This document shows, piece by piece, positions 9,692 through 18,604 of a stretch of DNA of 29,975 nucleotides. This stretch comes from a virus. Taxonomy: Duplodnaviria > Caudoviricetes. Below the pieces are notes generated by a model. That model did not search any database and was not told the origin of the DNA. It was given only the letters and a program-made list of their open reading frames with translations. How positions within the stretch are numbered: position 1 is the first letter of the stretch; every line of letters begins with the position of its first letter. The stretch lies in IMG/VR virus record IMGVR_UViG_3300043765_000088, positions 1-29,975 of that record; one strand, written 5' to 3'. Both the position numbers and the translations under genes were made by a program.

Positions 9692-10677
9692 TATCTGTAG
9701 CCCATGAATTGTACGTACCCCACCGAAATGTAAGGCGGTATACGACTGATCACGTCATCTTTCATCTTGGCATGTTGATCAATTGGATACTGCCAGTACC
9801 CGGCAAAACTTTGTACACTAGCTGCTGGTCCAGGTGCTGCCACTGACCGTTGTCCACCAGTTGCTACACCACCAGGACCGGCATAAATCAGCTCATAATT
9901 ATTATGTGCGCCTCCTTGCATATTGAGGTCCACATTTACCCCAGGAAAATTCTCGCCCGCATTACCAAAATTAAATGCCGCTAGTTGCAGTAGACGCCAA
10001 CCACCGCTGGCTGCATCCAATGGCGCAATCTCTGCAGCTGTCCTGGCTGGAGGATATATAGTAGTAAAGTAATCAGTAGAGTAGGGCTCTTTAAATGTTC
10101 TCCCTGGACCAACTCCACCACCACCCGGACCTTTACCGCCTGGCTGATCTAGCGCACAACCAACATTAGTAATCCAGTTCCCAGGCTGTGCGCCAGAACC
10201 GGGAACAGCATAACCATTTGGGTTATAGGCATATCGATAGCCAGGAACAATAAAATGATTCAGTAAATTAAATGTCTGATTGTTCCCATTACAAATAGCC
10301 CAGCCTTCCCAACCGGAATTGTGCAAGCCGTTCCCACTGGAATCGAAGAACTCAGTCCAAGGTCCGTCAAAAAGACGAATTTCTCCTATTTTACCAGTGT
10401 TAATTTGGTACCAGTCATTTCTATATCCAGACATTACCCGAGGAGCCCAGGGTGCCCCAGCTCCTCCACCAGTCAGCATCCAAATCCAAAGCCCGTCTAA
10501 GCTGGCATTAGCGGCAGCTGCATCAGAACCAGTTGATACTACTATTGATGGACCCGATACTTGCGCCTCGTAATCAGTATACTGAGCGACTGCTTCCAAG
10601 ACTCCCTGCATATCATTGGGAACCGTATAATCAGCTGGTACACTTTTGGGAGTAGCTGTAACAGGAATTGGAATCAT
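9691..10677 (-). CDS. Short fibre/spike protein with tail-collar-like domain (paralog of 8987..9691)
   Basis: GWAICNGNNQTFNLLNHFIVPGY and C-terminal IPPYISVGYVQFMGY; ATGA overlap with the upstream gene. Confidence 0.7.
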   Translation of the reverse strand: MIPIPVTATPKSVPADYTVPNDMQGVLEAVAQYTDYEAQVSGPSIVVSTGSDAAAANASLDGLWIWMLTGGGAGAPWAPRVMSGYRNDWYQINTGKIGEIRLFDGPWTEFFDSSGNGLHNSGWEGWAICNGNNQTFNLLNHFIVPGYRYAYNPNGYAVPGSGAQPGNWITNVGCALDQPGGKGPGGGGVGPGRTFKEPYSTDYFTTIYPPARTAAEIAPLDAASGGWRLLQLAAFNFGNAGENFPGVNVDLNMQGGAHNNYELIYAGPGGVATGGQRSVAAPGPAASVQSFAGYWQYPIDQHAKMKDDVISRIPPYISVGYVQFMGYR

Positions 10678-13094
10678 GGCAGCGGTACTCCTGGTTCAAC
10701 CAAGATTGAACGCACTGGCGGTAACGGTCCCGGCTCTATGGAAAGACCCAGCATTTCATCCACAGTTTTCTTTGGCGTATACTGCAGGCTAATCCCTCCA
10801 GAACGAACTGCGGCCTTGCCGTTTAAAGAACAATCTATTTCTCCATCATAAGCATCATTGTAAATCTGCCATTTTAGAGATGGCATTATGGCTAAACGTG
10901 CTGTTGGAGAACGGGTATCAAAAAACCAAGCAGCAATATACTGTGGTCCAGCCGGCTCTAGACCCAGTGTGGCACAGTAAAGCGCAATTGCCTGATACAC
11001 TTCATCAATAGCGAAATCTGATCCATAAGGTCCTTGGATATTCCAGAGGTGATAATTGTTCCAAAACACAGCAGCATTAGCATTCTGGAAATCTTCATAA
11101 CTGGTTGGAATATTCGCTGCACCATTGTATTGAATGGTTTCTGGGCGAGTAAATGGATCAGCAGCACTACCTGCAATTGAGCTATATCCGGTAATCGTCA
11201 GCCAATTCTTCATGTTTGGCTGCCAAGCTGTCCGAATCCCATTATAAGAATCCTCAAAATAAAACTCACCACCGGAAAGGTTATCGCCTTGCCCCAAAAG
11301 AAACTTGAGCCAGTAAATCCGGCCATTCCAGGTGCTGTATCCGGTTGGTTGTACATAAGGTGCAGGAGGATTCCCCATCCAAGCAGTCTGGTTTACACTC
11401 GGCATGACAAAGGTCGTGCCACTAGCTGGTGTAACATTCTGATCCTGCGCCCAGTTAACTTTAATTGATACGCTAGTTGGTGTATAAACCAACTCTATGG
11501 CGCCATGCCAGAGAGTGAAAAGCGATACAGATAAAGTCGTACCATTGCTCTGGGGCAACTGAAGTGTAATTGTCCCTTCAATGACATCGACATTAAGACC
11601 GAATGCGCTATTGAATACCCGATAGTTCTGGCTGGTTGAACTAGTCAGGGCATTCAGGGCAAAATCAATTTCAAATTCTAGTTGGCTATTGTCTGGAATA
11701 CTAGCTGGCGCGCTAAAATAGCAATAAGCCTCAGTATCAAATTCAACATAATTTGAATGGATATCTGGAATTAAGGCGATTCCACCATTATCTGGATTTA
11801 GCGTACCTAAATCGCTAAGTATTAAAGCATTACCTATAATATGAGTACAGACTTTTGGATCGCCTGGACAAATGGCAATTGGTGGAGTACAACCGGCTAA
11901 TCGCCCTGGAATACGCGGATAATAATGGTTAAAATCCAGCCATTCCTCGATATCTTTTACTCCATTAATACGTGGATTAATTGATGCTTGAGCTAATCCA
12001 GTCTTGAAATTGTTGGTAGTATTGTAGATTAATCGGTCAGTATATGGACTCCCCCGCCACTGAAAATTCTCTAAATAAAAACTATATGCTTCACCTCGAA
12101 GCGTATTTAGCACTAGCTGCGTTGTGTTCTCAGAATTGTCTAGAGCTAATGGCGCAAACCAATTTACCCCAACCAAATCAAGCTCAGCGGTAGTCCAAAG
12201 TGGATCTAGGTTATTGGGATAATAGGCAATCAGGTATGGATAGTAGTACTCATCCAAATCGGCAAAATAAGTAACCAATGAATTAGACAATTGCTGCTTA
12301 GCGTAACGTATCAACCACTGAAATGCTGCAATCACTTGAGGAAATACAGTCCTATTGATTGCTGTCAGATCCCGCATACCGGACCCAATTGAAAACAGCC
12401 AGGGTCGAATATTGTTGGCTACACAAAGATCAATATAATGCTTAATGAATGCAGTATAATTATTTAGGTAGAAAGTCAGCTGCGCCGTAGATGCCCAGGA
12501 TTTATTATTCCGGTCAATTTCCCATTCACCACCATTTTGGTAATAGTAGTTTTGCGTAAGCAAAGCGTTAATGGGCAATAAGCCAACTTCATACCCCTGG
12601 CTTTGCAGATACTGTATACCCTGGATCAGAGTAGTATCCTCGGGAGTTGGCCAGACCTGATGGTTGTTCTTTAACCAATAGGCATTACTTCTAGTCCACG
12701 AGCCCACTTGCCATATGGGCGGTGCATTGGACCAATTCCAGCTTTGTACTTCTGGACCAATGGCTGGACCAACTTGATACAACCAACCGCTACCACTATC
12801 ATTGGCGGTATACCAATAGATCGCAATCAATACCCGCTTGACAGTAGGCAGCTGTTTTAAATCATTTTGGACCAGATAAACCAAATCACTCATCGATGAG
12901 CTAGCTGGATCAGTCTGATATGACTGGGTATTTACTCCATAACTTCCACCAGCAAAACTTGCACCAGTCCAGTAGCCTCCAGTAGCCATGCCATACTCGC
13001 CATAGGGCCGAATCACCACGGTATCCGGCAAGAACTGAGGTACGAATACCTTGTATGAACCAACCTGATAACTAAAATCTCCTGGTATACTCAT
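10674..13094 (-). CDS. GTA-type TIM-barrel (glycoside hydrolase-like) tail protein with an inserted beta-rich domain
   Basis: Ordered motifs matching the gene-transfer-agent megatron TIM barrel as I recall it: GYEVGLLP, FIKHY, IGSGMRDLT, VTYFADLDEY, LDPLW...LDLVGVNWFAPL, GEAYSFY, KDIEEW...H, TAWQP, AWFFDTRSP. Confidence 0.7.
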   Translation of the reverse strand: MSIPGDFSYQVGSYKVFVPQFLPDTVVIRPYGEYGMATGGYWTGASFAGGSYGVNTQSYQTDPASSSMSDLVYLVQNDLKQLPTVKRVLIAIYWYTANDSGSGWLYQVGPAIGPEVQSWNWSNAPPIWQVGSWTRSNAYWLKNNHQVWPTPEDTTLIQGIQYLQSQGYEVGLLPINALLTQNYYYQNGGEWEIDRNNKSWASTAQLTFYLNNYTAFIKHYIDLCVANNIRPWLFSIGSGMRDLTAINRTVFPQVIAAFQWLIRYAKQQLSNSLVTYFADLDEYYYPYLIAYYPNNLDPLWTTAELDLVGVNWFAPLALDNSENTTQLVLNTLRGEAYSFYLENFQWRGSPYTDRLIYNTTNNFKTGLAQASINPRINGVKDIEEWLDFNHYYPRIPGRLAGCTPPIAICPGDPKVCTHIIGNALILSDLGTLNPDNGGIALIPDIHSNYVEFDTEAYCYFSAPASIPDNSQLEFEIDFALNALTSSTSQNYRVFNSAFGLNVDVIEGTITLQLPQSNGTTLSVSLFTLWHGAIELVYTPTSVSIKVNWAQDQNVTPASGTTFVMPSVNQTAWMGNPPAPYVQPTGYSTWNGRIYWLKFLLGQGDNLSGGEFYFEDSYNGIRTAWQPNMKNWLTITGYSSIAGSAADPFTRPETIQYNGAANIPTSYEDFQNANAAVFWNNYHLWNIQGPYGSDFAIDEVYQAIALYCATLGLEPAGPQYIAAWFFDTRSPTARLAIMPSLKWQIYNDAYDGEIDCSLNGKAAVRSGGISLQYTPKKTVDEMLGLSIEPGPLPPVRSILVEPGVPLP

Positions 13095-14896
13095 GGTTGG
13101 CGATCCATAAACTTGGCTTTTTCAATCAATCGCTGGGCATGAAGCCGTAATCGACTAATTGACCAGGAACCAGTTATATCCAGGCGTATCTGGAATGAGT
13201 AACCACGCCAAGACTGACGTCCGGTAGCGGTATCATCCGAATTGGGTGGAGTAGGAAGTTGAAATCTAGGCTCAAAGGCCGGCTGGTAATACTGTAAAGG
13301 GAAGACTTGTTCGTCAGTCCCAGTTCGATACTGCGTTCGGATTATATTATTGTACCAAGGAAACCAGTTCGGGTATTCGTCCGGTCGATAGGAGGCGGTA
13401 ACGTTAACGTCTCCACGCAGATTGTTAAACCAAATATCCCCACCATAAAGCCTCTTTTCCTCCCGATCATTCTGGAAAATAAAAGCGCGCGATTCGATGG
13501 ACGATTGGATAGGCTGGTCACTTGTACCGAAATTATCAAATGGATCGTCTTTGGTAATTTCATAAAGTGCAATTCGGCCATTATCATTAGCTAAACAGAA
13601 TGCTTTATTCTCCGAATTGATTGAGCCTTCCAAAAGTTGATAAGGTAAAATACCAGTCCAAAGATCATTCCAGACTGGATACGGATTCATGTACAACTGG
13701 AGATAAGCTGAAGGAGTAATGGCTACACTGGATACAGGATGGAAATCTAAGACCAGGAGCCCCTGATGATAGATTCCATTTGGACCTTGAGTAGGTACGC
13801 AAGTAACAATCAGTCTATTATCAAAGTAAATACCGGAGCCATACCAAAGTAATGGCTCAGACTCATCATTAACTCGATGTTGTACTTCACTGGAAAATGA
13901 AGTTTGTGCCCAGGTACCACCATTACCGCTTGGCTGCATACTCTGCGCCCTGGCATTCCTGTAAGAACACCAACCATTATAGGCTCGATACCAGATATCG
14001 CCGTTAACAGCGACTGGTGAGAGGTCACCTAATGAGCCATTATTTACAAGAGTGACAGTAATAAAACCGGCATTTACACTATTTGATCCAATATCTTTCC
14101 AGCCGATAGTAAGTAGCTGACCGGCACTAGAGAAAGTTGTTTCTCTGGGGTATTCTACTTTAGCAGTAATAGCTCCATCTGTTCCAAAGATAAGCAACGA
14201 TCCTTGACCACTAGCCGTGTCCTGGATCGGGACAAACATCATGCTGGTAATCTCACCAACAAACGAAGGTGGTCCAAAATCACCTCCTTCATCCAGGTAA
14301 TTTGTTTCAGTAAAAGTAAGGGGTGCCCCGGTAACACTGCCTAGCTGATCGCCGGCACGAACAGCACGTGAGCCAACCTTAACAAATAATCGTCCCTGGC
14401 CATAAGCCATTATTGTACCAACTGGGACTGTGGTAGAAGCTGCTACAGTAGAACCATCCCAAGTAAGCGGTGGATTTTGCCCATCTTGTACAACTAGGTA
14501 TTTATCTGCTACACAGAAATAACAGCGTTGTACATATGGATTCAGGTAGCCGTAGCTTAAGGCAATGACATTGGCATATCCGCTTTCCAGCTGGAGCTGA
14601 TAAAGATTGGAGCCAGAAACTACTACAATTGAAGGTTTGTAGAAAACCAAGTCTGGAAAATAACAAGCCCCTTGAAATTTACCTTGCTCGAATAAATTCT
14701 GATCAGCTGGGTTAGCGTACCTTAAGATCCATTTCTTAAATCCAGGACGATTAGAGAGAAATCCACCACGGTATGAGCAATTAATTGACCGAACACACCG
14801 GTCTGGCTGAAGTAAACGCGGTTGGTGTCCAGTATCGGTTCCACCTTGAAAGGAAACGATCTGATCTTGTAGTTCACCTTGTGTAACTTCAGCCAT
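13091..14896 (-). CDS. Putative tail nozzle / DNA stabilisation protein (tail tubular B / P22 gp10-like)
   Basis: 601 aa, beta-rich; N-terminal SFQGG...N....GG.L..RPG, LVVQDG...P..WDG, MAYGQGRLFV and C-terminal G..FQIRL.ITG.W.I..L are typical of podovirus nozzle proteins. Confidence 0.7.
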   Translation of the reverse strand: MAEVTQGELQDQIVSFQGGTDTGHQPRLLQPDRCVRSINCSYRGGFLSNRPGFKKWILRYANPADQNLFEQGKFQGACYFPDLVFYKPSIVVVSGSNLYQLQLESGYANVIALSYGYLNPYVQRCYFCVADKYLVVQDGQNPPLTWDGSTVAASTTVPVGTIMAYGQGRLFVKVGSRAVRAGDQLGSVTGAPLTFTETNYLDEGGDFGPPSFVGEITSMMFVPIQDTASGQGSLLIFGTDGAITAKVEYPRETTFSSAGQLLTIGWKDIGSNSVNAGFITVTLVNNGSLGDLSPVAVNGDIWYRAYNGWCSYRNARAQSMQPSGNGGTWAQTSFSSEVQHRVNDESEPLLWYGSGIYFDNRLIVTCVPTQGPNGIYHQGLLVLDFHPVSSVAITPSAYLQLYMNPYPVWNDLWTGILPYQLLEGSINSENKAFCLANDNGRIALYEITKDDPFDNFGTSDQPIQSSIESRAFIFQNDREEKRLYGGDIWFNNLRGDVNVTASYRPDEYPNWFPWYNNIIRTQYRTGTDEQVFPLQYYQPAFEPRFQLPTPPNSDDTATGRQSWRGYSFQIRLDITGSWSISRLRLHAQRLIEKAKFMDRQP

Positions 14897-16666
14897 TTAT
14901 GTGCTTTGAATAACGTGATCAGTACCGCCATTATCACAAAAATGAAATTTAAGATCATCTCCTAGATAAAGATACGCTGCCGTATATCCTCGATTCTGAA
15001 ATCCGATTCCAGCTCGAGGGGATGGATTTTGTGCGTAGGTAGAATTAGTGGAAATGATCAATGCTGCACGCTGCCAAGCCGTAGAATTTATTCCGACATC
15101 TTTCCAAAGCTGGATTGCACCACTGAAGTAATTAAAGACTGCACCATTAGCCGCCTGACCACCGTTATTATTCATCGGTGGATAATTCAGACCATAGGCA
15201 TTGGGACTATTTGCTTGAGTACAAACTGGCGAATTTAAGCCGTAAGCATATGGACTGTTGGCATCAGTAAGCACTGTCGAATTTATGCCCCAGACGTATG
15301 GGCTATTGCTGCTATCCATCAACACACGAACTGTGCCGCCGGCATCAATAGTTCGCATGCTTGCATCAGTTTCAAAATAAAGTGAGCAAGCATATCCTAG
15401 ACCGGCATGCCAGAAAGCAATCTGGGGTCGAGCACCGGACGTTGTACACTGCACTCGAATTGGTGCGCCTTCCCAAGAAGTCGATCCTAAACCCCATTCC
15501 CGTTGCCAAGCAAACACGCTAGTATTGGTCATCTGGTCCCCATTCCAGTTTACTGGGCGATAACCTAAATTAGCTTGAGCAACTCCAGCGGCAAGAGTAC
15601 CGGCTGTGATTGATCCAGCTGCTATTTGACCACCTGGAATTGAAGAGATTGAGGAAAGTAGGGTTGCAGCAGTTCCATCTCCATATTCCAAATTTAGATC
15701 TGCATGACCGCTATTGAACCAAATTGCTACTGATCCTCCACCAGGTGCAAGGCGCGCTAAACCAATTGTCGGATAGCCGGCACCAGTAGGTGACACTTCA
15801 GCAAATAAGTGGGCATTCTGGTACATATTGGCATTTACATTCGGTCCACTCATCAACACAGCCAATTGCCCGCTCATGGTATCTCCAGTCTTATTGACTG
15901 GTTCGTATCCCAGATTTACGGCAGCAACACCAAGGGCAAGTTTATCTGAGGTTACTGCTTGACTAGCAATTGCCGCAGTAGTTACTCCTCCGGCTACGAC
16001 TGAATCAGATTGTTCAACAATTCCATCATGATCCGGATCATAGACGGCTTGGGTCATATCACCAGCACCCACACTGGCTGGATACCATCCCAAAACACCG
16101 TTTGGATCAGTCCCATACCGCATGTCCGGACCAGGAGAAGCTTTATCACCAATTAAAGAAACAGTTAAATCACCGGAAAGCGGACCACCTCCTTCAATAG
16201 AGAACGAGGTGTTGACCATCCTTGTATTAGGTACCTTGGCTGCCAGGTCACTAACTAAGTTGGTAACATTACTCTCTGAAATTGGTACAGTAGGAGGAAA
16301 AGTCAGCGGTAATCCGGTAATACCACTCCAAGGTACGCTGGCAGCTTTGGCAACAATTCCAGAAGCAGTTGGATCATAAGTACTCTGGAGCATGACCCCA
16401 GGAGTATTACCGGCCAGGACTGAGGAAGTAATGACAAGCGCATTACCATCAGATGCCTGTGCAATTGTAACTCCAGTACCAGCCTGTAATCGATAAAAAG
16501 CTAAACCGGAATTCTTATCTGTACCTTGTAAAACAGGCTGTCCATCTGAAGTAGTTCCTAGACTATAACCAGACAAGACTGCACCAGCAGTAGGTGCAAG
16601 TGTTCCTTGGACCTCGCGACCGAGATCAACCTTTTTGCCAAGTGGAGTCCAGCCGTTATTGCTCAT
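14897..16666 (-). CDS. Tail fibre protein with internal repeats
   Basis: Two M.Q..YDP...GIV motifs; I.ES.VTNLVSDLAAK and GGGPLSGDLT.SL fibre motifs; three L[GN]Y.P[VM]N..G-led domains; three NSP.[AV][WY]G[IL]N repeats. Confidence 0.75.
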   Translation of the reverse strand: MSNNGWTPLGKKVDLGREVQGTLAPTAGAVLSGYSLGTTSDGQPVLQGTDKNSGLAFYRLQAGTGVTIAQASDGNALVITSSVLAGNTPGVMLQSTYDPTASGIVAKAASVPWSGITGLPLTFPPTVPISESNVTNLVSDLAAKVPNTRMVNTSFSIEGGGPLSGDLTVSLIGDKASPGPDMRYGTDPNGVLGWYPASVGAGDMTQAVYDPDHDGIVEQSDSVVAGGVTTAAIASQAVTSDKLALGVAAVNLGYEPVNKTGDTMSGQLAVLMSGPNVNANMYQNAHLFAEVSPTGAGYPTIGLARLAPGGGSVAIWFNSGHADLNLEYGDGTAATLLSSISSIPGGQIAAGSITAGTLAAGVAQANLGYRPVNWNGDQMTNTSVFAWQREWGLGSTSWEGAPIRVQCTTSGARPQIAFWHAGLGYACSLYFETDASMRTIDAGGTVRVLMDSSNSPYVWGINSTVLTDANSPYAYGLNSPVCTQANSPNAYGLNYPPMNNNGGQAANGAVFNYFSGAIQLWKDVGINSTAWQRAALIISTNSTYAQNPSPRAGIGFQNRGYTAAYLYLGDDLKFHFCDNGGTDHVIQST

Positions 16667-17733
16667 AAGACAAAGAAACTGACGCCATTGGAGTAAACAA
16701 AAACGTGTCCATATGGGATATCGATCACATAAGTCGATTGTCCCTGGATCAAACTGCCATCACTGGTAGTTAAAGTAATTGGATACTGATCTGCTGTACC
16801 CGTTTCATCTTTAATCACTACGAATCGGGCCATCCAATTCGTAATTGGAGCTAAAACCACATTCATCGGTACGGCTACAGTTGGAGTTGAAACTCCAACT
16901 AGAGTTTCTGTTCCAGTTAAAAGAATTGGAGTAGCCGCATAATTACGTCGAGTAAAACTTAAACCTATGGCCGACTGCCAACTGACACCTGGATCTGCGG
17001 TTGGATCAACCGTCAGTACTAACCCAGCCATATTGGCTATTGGTACCCGGACATTGGTAGTACCATCATAAGCAATCAGGTCACCTTTAGTTGTAGTAGG
17101 TGCAATCTCATTAAACGATACCTGTAGCTCACTTTGAGGCGCCCATCTTAAACCGCTGGGAACAGTGTTATCAGTGATTAAAACTTCACCATTAGCATCA
17201 GAAACAATGGCAATATTATGGGCATTATCATGCCCGATAACTTGTCCAGGACCGGTTAATGGCGATAGGTTATCAAATGCACCCGTTGGAGTAGCTGACG
17301 CTGTTCCACCCAAGTTGATCCCAAGCGGTGAAGTTAAAATCCAAGGTGGTCCTTGCGGTCCTTGTAATCCAGAAGGAGCAACTTGAATACCTGTACCGAC
17401 CTGTGATCCAGGTGCGAGATTGCCTGGATAACCAAGATTGGTCAGCACCATGACTGAAAGGGTGCTGACAAAAGCAACCTGATAATAACCAACCCCCAGC
17501 AGATAAACAACTTGGGTTGGTGTAGCCCATTCAGCTGGGTCTACTGAGACATTTACATTAGAGCCAACTGCTGGAACAACAAAAGGCGCTGTAGAAAGAC
17601 CAAACGCATTTTGGCCATCAATTCCTTGCGGCCCGGTTGCTCCTTGTGGACCAGTCGGTCCCGGTGGACCGGGCGTTCCACTGATCGGAGGACAATCGGG
17701 TTCGCATTGGCAACCTAAAGCTATTAGTGACAT
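16663..17733 (-). CDS. Collagen-containing fibre / fibre-anchoring protein
   Basis: Cys-rich N-terminus (CQCEPDC), Gly-X-Y run, one complete ~80-aa module, LGINLGGTAS and TTKGDLIAYDG fibre motifs, C-terminal beta domain (VIKDETG...PITL...DG..IQG...VYSNG). Confidence 0.75.
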   Translation of the reverse strand: MSLIALGCQCEPDCPPISGTPGPPGPTGPQGATGPQGIDGQNAFGLSTAPFVVPAVGSNVNVSVDPAEWATPTQVVYLLGVGYYQVAFVSTLSVMVLTNLGYPGNLAPGSQVGTGIQVAPSGLQGPQGPPWILTSPLGINLGGTASATPTGAFDNLSPLTGPGQVIGHDNAHNIAIVSDANGEVLITDNTVPSGLRWAPQSELQVSFNEIAPTTTKGDLIAYDGTTNVRVPIANMAGLVLTVDPTADPGVSWQSAIGLSFTRRNYAATPILLTGTETLVGVSTPTVAVPMNVVLAPITNWMARFVVIKDETGTADQYPITLTTSDGSLIQGQSTYVIDIPYGHVFVYSNGVSFFVL

Positions 17734-18086
17734 TATCCGGGTTCTTCTTCAGACATGTCTCCACCCGGTTCGCCTAGCGCACCGGCAATTTGTTTAGCAC
17801 TTACTCTTTTTTTACCACCCGTTACCTTAATTGAATGCACTTTCAGCCGGACATGATGATGATGCTGCCCAGGCTTAGTCGGGTGTCGTTCCCTGGTATG
17901 GGAATGCTTATGGAAATGAATTGTAGCTTTACCTTCTTCCGGAATTTCACCCATATCTGGGTGATCACTGGACATACTTAATTCCGGATAAGATGGGCCA
18001 CCACCATCTCCACCACCTATACCCATTGGCATTCCAGGGCCACCATCGCCACCACCTAAAGGAATACCGTCGCCATCGCCATTCAT
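17733..18086 (-). CDS. Gly/His-rich hypothetical protein (117 aa)
   Basis: ATGA and TAATG overlaps on either side; low-complexity GGGDGG repeats and a His cluster. Confidence 0.7.
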   Translation of the reverse strand: MNGDGDGIPLGGGDGGPGMPMGIGGGDGGGPSYPELSMSSDHPDMGEIPEEGKATIHFHKHSHTRERHPTKPGQHHHHVRLKVHSIKVTGGKKRVSAKQIAGALGEPGGDMSEEEPG

Positions 18087-18265
18087 GGAAATTTTGCTTT
18101 CAGTTTCTCGAAGTCTTCAGACTGTATTAACGCTACAAATTCATCAGCCATTTTAAGTGCCGTAGTCGAAGTGATTCCGGGAACAGCCATAAGGTGAGCA
18201 GCCACATTGAGCCGAATTTGATAAACGCTCGCCTCATAGATTTCATTTACCTCCTGTTTAGTCAT
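18083..18265 (-). CDS. Hypothetical protein (60 aa, helical)
   Basis: ATGA overlaps with both neighbours. Confidence 0.65.
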   Translation of the reverse strand: MTKQEVNEIYEASVYQIRLNVAAHLMAVPGITSTTALKMADEFVALIQSEDFEKLKAKFP

Positions 18266-18537
18266 ACGGCACCCATTGCCTGAAGGAAGGTGCGCGGTTG
18301 ACCTCCACCCTGTTCCGCTCCAGCAGTAGCTGCAGCACCACCTGGTGTTGGCGGCGCGCCGGCTCGACGTTCAGCAGCCTCTTCTTCCCCGCCTTCAACT
18401 GGTAAACCATCCAGTGCCAGAAGCTGTGCTTTACCATCTTCTCCCACTGTAAGAGTGGCAACAGCATCAAATGATTCACCTGGTTCGGTATCATCTGGTA
18501 CTTGAAATCCTGCTGGTAGGTCAAATTCAACTGGCAT
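18262..18537 (-). CDS. Small acidic hypothetical protein after the major capsid gene (91 aa)
   Basis: AAAGGAAG purine tract just upstream of the ATG; Asp/Glu/Gly/Ala-rich; ATGA overlap downstream. Confidence 0.75.
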   Translation of the reverse strand: MPVEFDLPAGFQVPDDTEPGESFDAVATLTVGEDGKAQLLALDGLPVEGGEEEAAERRAGAPPTPGGAAATAGAEQGGGQPRTFLQAMGAV

Positions 18538-18553
18538 AAGCTTCCTTTAGAGT

Positions 18554-18587
18554 AATGCCGGGAAAGTGAACAAACTCTCCCGGCATT
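18554..18587 (-). terminator. Strong hairpin downstream of the major capsid gene (attenuator, processing or stability element)
   Basis: mRNA AAUGCCGGGAGAGU-UUGUUC-ACUUUCCCGGCAUU: 14-bp stem with one G-U pair. No U-tract follows on the coding strand, so it is not a canonical intrinsic terminator. Confidence 0.55.
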
Positions 18588-18604
18588 TATGCTTCTAGGG
18601 GATT

